DNA of 64,000 nucleotides from Alphaproteobacteria bacterium (lineage in GTDB: Bacteria; Pseudomonadota; Alphaproteobacteria; SP197). The notes below the pieces were generated by a model. It had not been told where the DNA came from, did not search any database, and worked only from the letters and a program-made list of their open reading frames with translations. The stretch is from assembly GCA_964291415.2 (NCBI GenBank), contig OZ219920.1:1152001-1216000 (forward strand). The letters run 5' to 3'. Positions 63,419 to 64,000 of this stretch are shown here, piece after piece; within the stretch, counting starts at the first letter, position 1, and every line of letters begins with the position of its first letter. A program made the translations under genes and the position numbers.

Positions 63419-64000
63419 TCAGGCCTCCCCTGCCGAGTCGAGGCGGACGTAGGCCGGCGATGTCCGGCCTTCACGGACTTCGCCGAAGTAGACCGTCATG
63501 TGCGGATAGGGAATCTCGATACCGACCTCGTCGAATCCCAGTTTGAGGCGTCTCAGATACTCGCGGCGCACGCCCCACTGATACCCGGCAAGGGTGCGGA
63601 TCCGGAACCTGAGGGTCACCGACGAATCACCCAGATCATTGACGCCCAACACCTCAAGGTCTCCGGCAAGACGCTCGTTGAGGGTTTCGTCGCTGCGTGC
63701 TTCCTCGTCGATCCGCCGCACCACGTCGATCACCTTGTCCGTGTTCTCCTGGTAGGCGACACCGATGTCGATCACCGCGTAACCGAAGTCCCGCATCATG
63801 TTGGTGACAGAGGAGATGTCCCCGAAGGGGATTGTATGCACGTAGCCACTCAGATCGCGCAACTGCACGGTGCGCACGGACACGCTCTCGACTCCGCCCA
63901 TCTTGCCGCCAGCCTCGATCCAGTCACCCACCGTGAACTGATTCTCGAACAGGATGAAGGTGCCGGTGATAATGTCCTTGATGAGGGACTGTGCGCCAAA
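63419..64000 (-). CDS. Mechanosensitive channel MscS family, C-terminal part (5'-truncated by window)
   Basis: Frame open to window end: FGAQSLIKDIITG...VGDWI, G.VE.V..RT, GIEIPYP. Confidence 0.9.
   Translation of the reverse strand, partial: FGAQSLIKDIITGTFILFENQFTVGDWIEAGGKMGGVESVSVRTVQLRDLSGYVHTIPFGDISSVTNMMRDFGYAVIDIGVAYQENTDKVIDVVRRIDEEARSDETLNERLAGDLEVLGVNDLGDSSVTLRFRIRTLAGYQWGVRREYLRRLKLGFDEVGIEIPYPHMTVYFGEVREGRTSPAYVRLDSAGEA

Overview
GC-rich alphaproteobacterial chromosome segment, identified by an alphaproteobacterial-type LexA box (GTTC-N7-GTTC), lpxI, the ntrY-ntrX-trkA-dat-hfq-hflX block and a fused ispDF. It is almost entirely core housekeeping synteny. On the + strand: dnaE (3' end), rpsB-tsf-pyrH-frr-uppS-cdsA-dxr-rseP-bamA-skp-lpxD-fabZ-lpxA-lpxI-lpxB; tpiA-secG-pyrG-kdsA-eno-ftsB-pdhABC-lpdA-lipA-ratA; and ypjD-like-ntrYX-trkA-dat-hfq-hflX. 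On the - strand: ppiD-trpE-trpG-trpD-trpC-moaC-moeA-lexA-gltX-gltA-gloA; ispDF-pgpA-cinA; and mscS-GlxA regulator-mltB-rlpA-dac-tmk-holB-metG-tatD...mazG. I saw no rRNA, tRNA, CRISPR, transposase or prophage gene. The non-routine signals are small. (1) A 298-bp non-coding element at 17275-17572 has terminal inverted repeats, an ATT target-site duplication, two C(UUCG)G hairpins and an internal duplicated module; it sits exactly between the gloA ribosome-binding site and its start codon. (2) Three 126-bp tandem repeats give ribosomal protein S2 a long acidic tail. (3) An accessory islet (Tat-exported solute-binding protein plus Gfo/Idh/MocA oxidoreductase) carries an in-frame TGA in the oxidoreductase Rossmann motif. 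(4) There is an orphan Rieske oxygenase. (5) Several usually syntenic genes (comEC, dusB-ntrBC, MBL hydrolase) are absent locally. All calls come from reading motifs and gene order by eye; no database search or folding program was run. I did not find a convincing novel multi-gene system.
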